From positions 36,496 to 100,495 of the forward strand of contig CAWDII010000003.1 of the NCBI GenBank assembly GCA_963802325.1: DNA of 64,000 bases. The letters are read 5' to 3'. The translations under genes were made by a program, and so were the position numbers. The notes beneath the pieces are model-generated. The model searched no databases. It was not told the origin of the DNA and saw only the letters and a program-made list of their open reading frames with translations. This DNA comes from an uncultured Thermoleophilia bacterium (GTDB lineage Bacteria > Actinomycetota > Thermoleophilia > Miltoncostaeales > Miltoncostaeaceae). This document shows, in pieces, positions 29,476 through 37,823 of the stretch (position 1 is its first letter; each line of letters starts with the position of its first letter).

Positions 29476-30191
29476 GTGGCGACCTCTCCGGGCGAGACCA
29501 GGCGCAGGAAGGCCAGCTCGGCCGCCTCGGCGTCGGCGCCCGGCCCGATGCCGTGGGCGCTCACCATCTCGTCGGAGGTGCCCGAGAACAGGAGCCGCCC
29601 GGCGGTCAGCACCATCATGCGGTCGGAGCGCCGCATCGCCTCGTCGACCGACTGCGTGGAGAAGAGCAGGGCCATGCCCTCCGCGCGCAGGGAGGCGAGC
29701 CACTCCCAGAGCCGGTGGCGCTGGTCGGGGCTGAGGGTCGCGGTGGGCTCGTCCAGCAGCAGCACGCTCGGCCGCCCGGCGAGGGCGATCGCGAGGTTCA
29801 GCCGCTGGATCGTGCCCGTCGAGAGCCGCCCGGCGGGGCGGTCGGCGAACTCGCCCAGGTCGGCGCGGGCGATCAGCTCCTCGGCCAGGGCGGCCGGATC
29901 GGGTGCGCCCTCGAGCCCCGCGAAGAGGCGCAGGTTCTCCCGCGGGGTGAGCCGCTGGTAGAGCGCCGGGCGGTGGGGCACCCAGCCGACCCGCGGGGTC
30001 GCGCCGTCGGCCCACTCGACGCCGCCGGTGGTCGCGCGCGTCACGCCGGCGAGGATGGTGAGGAGCGTCGTCTTGCCGGCCCCGTTCGGGCCGATCAGCG
30101 CAACCGATTCGCCGGGGTCGAGGCGCACGTCGACGCCCTCCAGCGCGACGACGCCGCGGTAGCGCCGCCCCAGCCCCCGGGCGGTCAGCAT
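29472..30191 (-). CDS. ABC transporter ATP-binding protein
   Basis: GPNGAGKTT, LSTG, LLLDEP. Confidence 0.92.
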   Translation of the reverse strand: MLTARGLGRRYRGVVALEGVDVRLDPGESVALIGPNGAGKTTLLTILAGVTRATTGGVEWADGATPRVGWVPHRPALYQRLTPRENLRLFAGLEGAPDPAALAEELIARADLGEFADRPAGRLSTGTIQRLNLAIALAGRPSVLLLDEPTATLSPDQRHRLWEWLASLRAEGMALLFSTQSVDEAMRRSDRMMVLTAGRLLFSGTSDEMVSAHGIGPGADAEAAELAFLRLVSPGEVAT

Positions 30192-30205
30192 CGATGCCGG
30201 GCCGG

Positions 30206-31354
30206 TCAGGGCTCGGGCCGCAGGGCCGGCGCGTCGATCGTGCGCGTGGGTGTCTCGCGCGCCGGGGCCGCGGCGGTCGCGGGGGCGGGCGCGAGCGTGG
30301 CGCCGAAGCCGAGCCGCTCGGAGGCGAACATGACCGCCTCCTTGACCACGACCACCACGGGGATGGCGATCAGCACGCCCACGATGCCCGCCAGGTGCTC
30401 GCCGATCAGCAGGCCGAAGATCACGACCAGCGGGTGCACGCCGACGGCCGACCCCATGATCTTGGGGACGACGATGTGGCCCTCGAGCTGGTGGATGGCC
30501 ACGAAGGCCACCACCACCCAGAGGGCGGCCAGAGGTGAGGTGAACAGGGCGAGCAGCACCGGCGGCACGGCTCCGAGGATCGGCCCGACGTAGGGGACGA
30601 ACTCCATCACGAAGACCCACGCCGTGAAGGCCACGGCGAACGTCGCCCCGAGCGGGAACAGTCCCGTCACCCCGAAGATCCACAACACCACCCCGGCGCT
30701 GGTGCCGATGATCAGCGACACCAGCAGCTGCGCCTTGACGTATTCGGTGAGCGTGCTCTCGACGCGCCGCAGGAATCCCGCCGTCTCGGGGCCGCCCACC
30801 CGCTGGGCGAAGCGCAGGATGCGAGGGGCGTCGAGCAGCATGTAGATGCAGGCGACGAGGATGAAGATCAGCGTCACGAGCACGCCGAGGACGTTGAGGC
30901 TGTAGTCCACGAGGTTGTCGGCGGCCTCCGAGGCGCGGTCCTGGAGCCCCGCCAGGAAGGCGTCCGAGCGCGCCTTCACGTCGACGTCGATGCCCCGGCG
31001 ATCGAAGAACTGCTGCAGGTCGTCGGCCTGGCGCTCGGCCTGGTCGGTGTAGACGGGCAGGTTGGCCTGGATCTCCTCGATCTGCGTGCGCACCGGCGAG
31101 ATCACCAGGAAGACCGCCAGGGCGATCGTCGCGACGAACCCGACGAACACCGTCAGCACCGCGAGCCCGCGCGGGATGTGCAGCCGCCGCAGCAGCCGGA
31201 CGACCGGGTTCAGCAGCAGGGCGACGATCGTCGACACCGTGAAGACGAGCAGCACAGGACCGATCGTCTGGCCGAGGATCCACACGATCGCCAGCACGGC
31301 CGCGACCGCCACGAGCTTCGCCCATGCGGGCTGGGGGGCGCTGCGCCCGCTCAT
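30206..31354 (-). CDS. AI-2E (PerM) family transporter
   Basis: LLNPVV, YVKAQ, VPYVGP, QLEGHIVVPKIMG, VGVHP; TAACAT 7 nt before ATG 31354. Confidence 0.9.
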   Translation of the reverse strand: MSGRSAPQPAWAKLVAVAAVLAIVWILGQTIGPVLLVFTVSTIVALLLNPVVRLLRRLHIPRGLAVLTVFVGFVATIALAVFLVISPVRTQIEEIQANLPVYTDQAERQADDLQQFFDRRGIDVDVKARSDAFLAGLQDRASEAADNLVDYSLNVLGVLVTLIFILVACIYMLLDAPRILRFAQRVGGPETAGFLRRVESTLTEYVKAQLLVSLIIGTSAGVVLWIFGVTGLFPLGATFAVAFTAWVFVMEFVPYVGPILGAVPPVLLALFTSPLAALWVVVAFVAIHQLEGHIVVPKIMGSAVGVHPLVVIFGLLIGEHLAGIVGVLIAIPVVVVVKEAVMFASERLGFGATLAPAPATAAAPARETPTRTIDAPALRPEP

Positions 31355-31424
31355 CGGCTGCATGTTAGTCGCCCGGGGTCCCGCGCTGGCGCCCCCCGGT
31401 CCGGCTCAGCTACGCTCACAGGCT

Positions 31425-32177
31425 ATGCCCCCCCTCACCAGGGAGCACCTCGCCGGGCGGCGTGCCTCCCGGCGGCGCCGCGCTCTACGGCGCGATCCCC
31501 GTGCCCTCGTCTCCGCCGCGATCCCCGTGATCGTCGTCGCCGTGCTCGCGATCGTCCTCGGTGTGATGGGCAGCGGGGCCACTCCCGACGATGTCGGTCC
31601 CCTCGCTTCGCCGGTCCCCTCGCCCGAGCTGGGCTCGGGCGCGCGCCCTCCCGAGCTGATCATCGCCCGGGCCGAGGGGGTCGAGGTGCACCTGCCGGTC
31701 GATCCCGAGCGGGTGACGGCGATCGCATTCCATCCGATCGACGACCCCTCGGGCGTCGCGCTCTCCGCCTCGGGCGCGGTCACGATCCACCAGGCCGAGC
31801 GCCGCGGCCGCGTGGGCCCCGACACCGCCGGCCTCGACGTGGGCGCTCCGGCGGGGACGACGGTCTTCGCGCCCGTCAACGGCGTCATCGCCAGCGTCAG
31901 CGACTACATGGTCTCCGGGCGCATCGAGGGCTACGAGGTCACGATCACGCCCGCCATCGCCGCCAGCGGCCTGGTGCTGCGCGTCACCCACCTCGGCGAT
32001 CGTGACAACGGCGAGCGTCCGAGCGTCGGCACGCCGGTGCGCGCGGGCGTCACGCCCCTGGGCACCGTCCACGACTTCTCCGGGGTCGTCGAGCAGGAGC
32101 TCAGCCAGTACACCTCCGACGCGGGCAACCACGTCAACCTCGAGCTGATCCGGACCCAGGCGGCGCTGATCCTCTGA
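31425..32177 (+). CDS. Membrane-anchored M23 peptidase-like protein with degenerate metal motifs
   Basis: GLDVGAPAGTTVFAPVNGVI, THL, VRAG; HxxxD and HxH appear as TAGLD and HVN. Confidence 0.7.
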   Translation: MPPLTREHLAGRRASRRRRALRRDPRALVSAAIPVIVVAVLAIVLGVMGSGATPDDVGPLASPVPSPELGSGARPPELIIARAEGVEVHLPVDPERVTAIAFHPIDDPSGVALSASGAVTIHQAERRGRVGPDTAGLDVGAPAGTTVFAPVNGVIASVSDYMVSGRIEGYEVTITPAIAASGLVLRVTHLGDRDNGERPSVGTPVRAGVTPLGTVHDFSGVVEQELSQYTSDAGNHVNLELIRTQAALIL

Positions 32178-32203
32178 TCGCGGGCGCGGGTAGGGTGGCC
32201 GCC

Positions 32204-32986
32204 ATGCGCGCGATGATGATCGGAGACGTGTTCGCGGGGGTCGGCCTGCGGGCGCTCCTCACGCGCCTGCCCGAGCTGCGCGAGCAGTACCGGCCCGACA
32301 TCGTGGTCGTGAACTGCGAGAACGCCGCCGCGGGCGTCGGCACCTCTCCCCGTCAGGCCAAGGACCTCCTCGACGCGGGCGTCAACGTCCTCACGGGTGG
32401 CAACCACACGCTCCACAAGGCCGAGATCCTCCCGATGCTGGAGGCCGAGCCCCGGATGCTGCGCCCGGCCAACATCGCCGTCCGCGCCCCCGGACGCGGC
32501 ATGACGACGGTCGAGACCGCCGCCGGCCCGGTGAGCGTCATCAACGTCATGGGCTCGGTGTTCCTCACCTCCGCGCAGAGCCCCTTCGCCATCATCGACG
32601 ACCTCGTCGAGCAGGCGCGGCGCGCGGCGCCGATCGTGCTGGTGGACATGCACGCCGAGGCCACCAGCGAGAAGATCGCCCTCGCCCACCACCTCGCGGG
32701 GCGCGTCACCGCGGTCGTCGGCACCCACACCCACGTCCAGACCGCCGACGCCCGCGTCCTCGCCGGCGGCACCGCCTACATCAGCGACCTCGGCATGACC
32801 GGCCCCCACGACTCGGTGATCGGCGTGCGCACCGACATCGTCCTGCGCCGGTTCCTCCACGGCTCCTCCGGCCGCTTCGAGCCCGCCGACGGAGGCGTCC
32901 TCGTCCAGGGCGCCATCATCGACGCCGACGACGAGGGCCGCGCGACCGCGATCGAGAGCTTCAGCATCGAGGGTGAGGCTACGTAG
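32204..32986 (+). CDS. ymdB: YmdB/TIGR00282 metallophosphoesterase
   Basis: IGDV, NCENAAAG, TGGNH, DMHAEATSEK, GTHTHVQT, SDLGMTGP. Confidence 0.93.
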   Translation: MRAMMIGDVFAGVGLRALLTRLPELREQYRPDIVVVNCENAAAGVGTSPRQAKDLLDAGVNVLTGGNHTLHKAEILPMLEAEPRMLRPANIAVRAPGRGMTTVETAAGPVSVINVMGSVFLTSAQSPFAIIDDLVEQARRAAPIVLVDMHAEATSEKIALAHHLAGRVTAVVGTHTHVQTADARVLAGGTAYISDLGMTGPHDSVIGVRTDIVLRRFLHGSSGRFEPADGGVLVQGAIIDADDEGRATAIESFSIEGEAT

Positions 32987-33173
32987 ACCTCTGAGAGGCC
33001 GTTGGCGCGCAGGTCCGCGGGGGACGATCGTCTGGGGCGTCCATGGCACGCGGTGCCCGGGCGTACGACCTGCTCGGGACGGAGTGGTTCTGGCCCCACT
33101 CTTTGGGACGATCGTCTGGGGCGTCCATCGGAACGCCTTACCCGGACGTGCGTCGACGCACTGATCTCCCACT
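32981..33173 (+). repeat. Mosaic palindromic repeat (REP/BIME-like), left part of the copy interrupted by IS110
   Basis: Exact 24-nt repeat GGGACGATCGTCTGGGGCGTCCAT at 33021 and 33105; modules shared with 36113-36545. Confidence 0.7.
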
Positions 33174-33182
33174 AATGGCGCT

Positions 33183-33350
33183 GGATCAGCGTCATGGGAG
33201 AGGCTGATCCTCCGAGCCGCCGGTGGGTGAGCACTCTTTCCCACAGGGCCATGAGCCCTATCGCAAGAGCGTGCCCCTGCCGGGCGGTGAGGAGTCAGAT
33301 GGCTGGTGGGATGGCGTGCCCTCAGAGCACTGATCCATTAGGTCGCCACG
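33183..33350 (+). ncRNA. Bridge RNA of IS110 element 1 (ends approximate)
   Basis: 5' hairpin, then target loop (TTTCCCAC 33237-44, CGCAAG 33262-67) and donor loop (GTGGGATGGC 33306-15, CCATTAG 33335-41) matching the target and the circle junction. Confidence 0.85.
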
Positions 33351-33397
33351 GACTTCTCGGGCTCGGGGGCATGCGGTCACACAAGAGGAGGCGCGTC

Positions 33398-34612
33398 GTG
33401 ATCTTCGTGGGCGTCGACTGGGCCGAGGCCCACAACGACGTGGCGGTGATGGATGAGGCGGGGGCGGTGCTCGGCCGAGGGCGCTTCGGGGTCGGGCTGG
33501 GTGGCCTGGCCCAGTTGCACGGCCTGATCGCCGATCACGCCGATGAGCCCGAGCAGGTCGTGGTCGGCATCGAGATCGATCGGGGTCTGCTGGTTGACTC
33601 GCTCGCCGGCGCCGGTTACCGGATCTATGGCCTGAACCCCCTGGCGGTGAGCCGCTACCGCGATCGCCATACGACCTCACGCGCCAAGTCCGATGGCGCT
33701 GATGCCAAGCTCCTGGCCGATCTGGTGCGCACCGATCGCCACAACCACCGGCCGCTTGCCGGTGACTCGGATCAGGCGAGCGCCATCCGGGTGCTGGCCC
33801 GGGCCCACCAGGGCCTCGTCTGGATGCGCCAGCGCCAGCTCAACGGCCTGCGCTCGGCGCTTCGCGACTACTTCCCGGGCGCCCTTTCGGCCTTTGGCAC
33901 CGACCTGGCCTGCGCCGATGCACTGGCGATCCTCGCCATCGCACCGACGCCGCAGATCGCCAGAGGCCTTTCACGGTCGAGGATCGCTGCGGCCCTTGGC
34001 CGCGCCGGCCGCCAGCGCAACCTGGAGCGACGGGCGGCCGAGATCCAGGAGGCGTTGCGCGCCGGACAACCCGAGGCATCGGATGCGGTGGCCGATGCCC
34101 TCGGCGCAGCATCAGCTGCCCGGGTGGCGGTGATCGTGTCGCTCAACCAGCAGATCAGCGAGCTCGAGCGCGCCATGTCCGAGCATTTTGATCGTCACCC
34201 GGACGCCGAGATCCTTGGCAGTCTTGCCGGACTCGGCCCAGTGCTCGGCGCCCGGGTGCTCGGCGAGTTCGGGGACGACCCGAACCGCTTCGGCGATGCT
34301 AGAGGCCGAAAGGCCTATGCGGGAACCGCCCCGATCACCCGGGCATCGGGTCGCAGCCGGGTCGTGCTGGCGCGCGTGGTGCGCAACCGCCGGCTGGCGG
34401 ATGCCTGCGATCGCTGGGCCTTCTGCTCCCTGACCGCCAGCCCCGGGGCTCGCCGCTACTACGACGCCCTGCGTGCACGCGACAAGACCCACTCCCAGGC
34501 CACCCGCCAGCTCGCCAACCGCTGGGTCGGGATCCTGCACGCGTGCCTGGAGCAGCGCGCGCTCTACAGCGAGGAGGTCGCCTGGCCGCAGGACACTCTC
34601 CTGGCCGCTTGA
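33398..34612 (+). CDS. IS110-family recombinase/transposase
   Basis: FVGVDW, GIE, KSDGADA (DEDD), GLGPVLG, APITRASG; GAGGAGG RBS. Confidence 0.95.
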   Translation: MIFVGVDWAEAHNDVAVMDEAGAVLGRGRFGVGLGGLAQLHGLIADHADEPEQVVVGIEIDRGLLVDSLAGAGYRIYGLNPLAVSRYRDRHTTSRAKSDGADAKLLADLVRTDRHNHRPLAGDSDQASAIRVLARAHQGLVWMRQRQLNGLRSALRDYFPGALSAFGTDLACADALAILAIAPTPQIARGLSRSRIAAALGRAGRQRNLERRAAEIQEALRAGQPEASDAVADALGAASAARVAVIVSLNQQISELERAMSEHFDRHPDAEILGSLAGLGPVLGARVLGEFGDDPNRFGDARGRKAYAGTAPITRASGRSRVVLARVVRNRRLADACDRWAFCSLTASPGARRYYDALRARDKTHSQATRQLANRWVGILHACLEQRALYSEEVAWPQDTLLAA

Positions 34613-34635
34613 CTCCTTGGAGCCGTGGGATGTCT

Positions 34636-34713
34636 TGCGGGGAGATCAGGGCGACAAAATGGCCCCTGGCCGGGGCCATTTTGATTCCTGTGAGTCTGCG
34701 CGGTGACGGTTTC
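34636..34713 (+). repeat. Right part of the interrupted mosaic repeat
   Basis: TGCGGGGAGATCAGGGCGACAAAAT plus hairpin AAAATGGCCCC/GGGGCCATTTT; aligns with the reverse complement of ~36325-36402. Confidence 0.7.
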
Positions 34714-34724
34714 GTGTCTGGGGC

Positions 34725-36020
34725 CGTCGTTGCCAGGCTGGTGGCGAGTGGCCGGGCGTGACCCGTTTGGTTCCTGACCCGCCTGGGCGGTGTCCTTGGA
34801 TCGATGTGTCCGCTCGGTCGCTCGGCGCCGGCCTGGTGCCCGCCGCAGTGGCCTGATCAGGAGCCTGTCCGCCCTCGGGGCGTGACCCGTCACAGGTCTG
34901 CCGTGCGGTTTCCCAGCCCCAGGCCGGACGCCGTCCCCCCAAAGCGGAGTCTGGAGGTGGAGCAGATGGTGGCACAGTCAATCGATGTCGTGGTCGGCGT
35001 CGACACCCACCGTGATGCGCATGCCCTGGCGGTGGTGGGCGCAGGCACGGGCGAGGTGATCGCCGAGTTCGTGATCCGGGCCGATCCGGCCGGCTACCGG
35101 GGCGCGCTCGCGCGCGTTGAGGCTCTGGGGCGCGGCGAGCGCGCCTGGGCCGTGGAGGGCTGCGGCTCCTACGGGGCGGGCCTGTGGCGTCACCTGGCCC
35201 GGGCCGGTGAGCTGGTCGTGGAAGCGGGCCCTCCCGGGCCCGGTGTGCGGGCCAAGTCCGATGCCCTGGATGCGGTGCGGGCCGCCCGCTCGGTGCTCGG
35301 GGCGGTCCATGACACGCAGCCGCGCGCCGATGGGCCGCGCGAGATCCTGCGCGTCCTGATGCTCGCCCGCGATGGGGCGATCGACATCCGCCGGGCCGCC
35401 CTGTGCCAGCTGCGGGCAATGGTCCTCACCGCCCCCGACGGCCTGCGTGAGCCGCTTCGCGGGCTGACCCGCCAGGCGCTCCTTACCCGCTGCGCGGGCC
35501 TGCGCCCCCAGGCCCACACCGATCCGGTGACGGGCGCCGTCGCCCTGGCGCTGCGTGCGCTGGCGCGCAGGATCCTCAGCGCCAGCGCCGAGGCCCGCGA
35601 GCTCGAGCAGGCGATCGCCCTGCAGGTCACCCAGATCGCCCCGGCGCTCCTTGGCGAGGTCGGGGTCGGCCCGATCAACGCCGCCCGCCTTCTGATCAGC
35701 TGGTCGCATCGGGGGCGGATCCGCTCCGAGGCCGCCTTCGCACGCCTGGGCGGAGTGGCGCCGATCCCCGCCTCATCGGGTCAGGTGGTGCGCCATCGCC
35801 TGGATCGTGGTGGCGATCGCCAGCTCAACTACGCCCTGCACGCCATCGTGCTGGTGCGAAAGCGGATCGACCCGGCCACCCGGGCCTACATCGAGCGGCG
35901 TGTGGGCGAGGGAAAGAGCCGCCGCGATGCCACCCGCTGCCTCAAGCGCTACCTCGCCCGCCACCTCTTCCGACTCCTGGAGGCGACCGCCACGAGTGCT
36001 TGACACGACATAGGAGCATC
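34725..36020 (+). mobile_element. IS110-family element 2 (ends approximate)
   Basis: Transposase plus ~240-nt structured non-coding left end; right end TTGACACGACATAGGAGCATC. Confidence 0.75.
34966..36003 (+). CDS. IS110-family recombinase/transposase (second, divergent subgroup)
   Basis: VGVDTH, AVEGCGSYG, KSDALDA, GVGP, APIPASSG, RGGDRQLN, CLKRYLAR. Confidence 0.95.
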   Translation: MVAQSIDVVVGVDTHRDAHALAVVGAGTGEVIAEFVIRADPAGYRGALARVEALGRGERAWAVEGCGSYGAGLWRHLARAGELVVEAGPPGPGVRAKSDALDAVRAARSVLGAVHDTQPRADGPREILRVLMLARDGAIDIRRAALCQLRAMVLTAPDGLREPLRGLTRQALLTRCAGLRPQAHTDPVTGAVALALRALARRILSASAEARELEQAIALQVTQIAPALLGEVGVGPINAARLLISWSHRGRIRSEAAFARLGGVAPIPASSGQVVRHRLDRGGDRQLNYALHAIVLVRKRIDPATRAYIERRVGEGKSRRDATRCLKRYLARHLFRLLEATATSA

Positions 36021-36112
36021 GCTCCTCCGGGCTTCGCCCGGGGTACGTCGCGGTCAACCAATCACAGTGGTCCGTAGACGACGAACCCTGTTTCACGCTT
36101 CAGGCCTCACCC

Positions 36113-36545
36113 ACGTAGAAGCCTGGGAGGCCGTTGGCGCGCAACCCTGCGTGCGATCCAGGTCGGTCTTCATGGTGCCTTTGATCTTCGGATCGTCTGT
36201 GGCGCGCAATCCGAGGTGGTCGCGATATGGAAGCAGGCGCGGCGCGATGTGATCGTGTGGGCGTAGCCCCCGGAATCGTCCTGTGTGGCCGTCCCTGGTG
36301 CCTGATCGTCTCGGTGTTCCAGAGGCCGTCCCCGCCGAAGGCGGTGCCTGCTGGGTGCAAATCGCCTCGGTAGAGGCGATTTGCCGCCCTGATCTCCCCG
36401 CAAGAGGGAGATCAGTGCGTTGAACGCACGTCCGACGGCCCGATCGCGTCCCCGGCACGGCCATCGTCCCGCGCAAAGGGAGTGAGACCACTCCGTCCCG
36501 CGCAAAGCGGAGTGGAACCACCCCGCCCACGCCCCAGAGGATCAG
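36113..36545. repeat. Second, uninterrupted mosaic palindromic repeat (mostly inverted relative to the first)
   Basis: ACGTAGA-N7-GAGGCCGTTGGCGCGCA also at 32981; hairpins at ~36357-36384 and 36389-36415; tandem CGTCCCGCGCAAAG units at 36465-36523. Confidence 0.7.
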
Positions 36546-37823
36546 TCGAACGAGGTACCTCGCGGAGACGGCTTTCTCGGCGCGTTTGGGGTCGGCTCCC
36601 TGGCCGAGGACCCGGCCCTGGGGGCGGCCGGCGATGCTGGGTCGGGGCCAGCAGGCGGCGAGCAGGGCGATCAGGACGCTGTCGCGCAGCACCAGGATGG
36701 CGATCGGCCAGGTCTCGAGCGCGACCAGGTCCCAGTACTGATGGGGGAAGTAGGCGAAGGTGAGCATCATCGCGCTCGCGGTCAGCGCCGCCGCCAGCGG
36801 TCCGAACCGGCCGACGACGAGGAAGCAGACGGGCAGGAGCCACACCAGGAACTGGGGCGAGAGCACCTTGCCGCCGACCAGCAGGGCGACCATCGTCGAG
36901 GCGGATGCGGCGATGAACAGCCGTGCGTCGCCCGGCGCGCGGGCGCGGTGGAGCAGGAGCCAGAGCGTCCACGCGATGCCGATCAGGACGACGATCAGGA
37001 TCGCCGTGGAGATGCCGGCGATCACCGAGGGCCCGGTTCCGGCGAGGCCCTGGCTGCCGAACGAGCTCTCGACGGTGATCGGGACGTCGGCGAGCGCGTG
37101 CAGCCCGAGCAGGTACGCCGCGCCGGTCGCCTCCAGCTGCAGCGGCCGGTCGAGGTGGTACTGCGCCAGGTCCCACGTCCCCGAGGGCGACAGGATCACG
37201 AACGGCAGAAGGCCGGCGACGACGATCGCGAGGCTTCCCGCGAGGCCCGCCCACGCGCGGCGGGCGCCGGCGCGATGGCGCTGCCAGATCAGCAGGACCG
37301 GGATCAGGGCCAGCGGCACCAGCTTCAGCAGGGTGGCGCAGGCGAGCAGGGTCCAGGCGAGGCGCCACCGCTCGGTCACCGCCGCCCAGAGCGTCCATAC
37401 GAGCAGGGCCGCCAGGGCGAGGTCGAAGCGCGTCTCCACCAGGTTCCCGATCATCAGGGGGCTGACCGCCACGAGCACTCCGGCGGCGGTCTGGCGCCGC
37501 TCGTCCATGCCGAGGGCCCGGGCGATCGCGATCACCCCGAGCACGGTGGCGCAGAGGGCGAGGAGCATGAGGATCGAGAAGGTCACGCCGTACGGCCCCG
37601 GCAGGACGCCCGCGAGCCAGAACAGCGCCCCGGCCAGCGGCGGGTACTCGAGCGTGAAGTCGGCATAGGGGATCTGACCGTCGGCGATCAGGTCGTAGGC
37701 GCGCTGGTAGGTGGGGATGTCGGTGATGACGGAGTCGGCGTAGACGCCGAGCTGCAGGGGGATCGCCCACACCACGACGGCCAGGGCCACCGCGAAGGCC
37801 GGCAGGGATCGGCGCTGGTTCAC
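36542..37823 (-). CDS. GT87-like (GT-C) membrane glycosyltransferase; inferred stop at 36542, read-through to 36093 as sequenced
   Basis: PYADFTLEYPPL, RFDL, KLVP, RPLQLE, KVLSPQFLVWL; removing one T from GTTCGACTGA gives ...YLVD*. Confidence 0.85.

Larger units (their letters stand above)
33172..34635 (+). mobile_element. IS110-family element 1, complete, with CT core at both ends
   Basis: Removing it restores hairpin CTGATCTCCC-ACTTGCG-GGGAGATCAG, which matches the intact copy at 36389-36415 (minus strand). Confidence 0.92.

Noticed and set aside
33021-33128. Two exact 24-nt palindromic repeats with a 60-nt spacer, CRISPR-like
   Set aside because: Only two units, spacer too long, no cas genes; the modules belong to the mosaic repeat.
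33194-33397. N-terminal extension of transposase 1 in the ORF track
   Set aside because: Region is the structured bridge RNA; the RBS and DEDD motif place the start at 33398.
34703-34709. GTGACGG as the left end of IS110 element 2 (complementary to CCGTCAC in its leader)
   Set aside because: The segment aligns with the host repeat copy, and CCGTCAC is part of a local palindrome; probably coincidental.
36093-36541. Long C-terminal extension of the GT87 ORF
   Set aside because: Reads through repeat DNA with atypical composition; best explained by a 1-nt insertion just before the natural stop.
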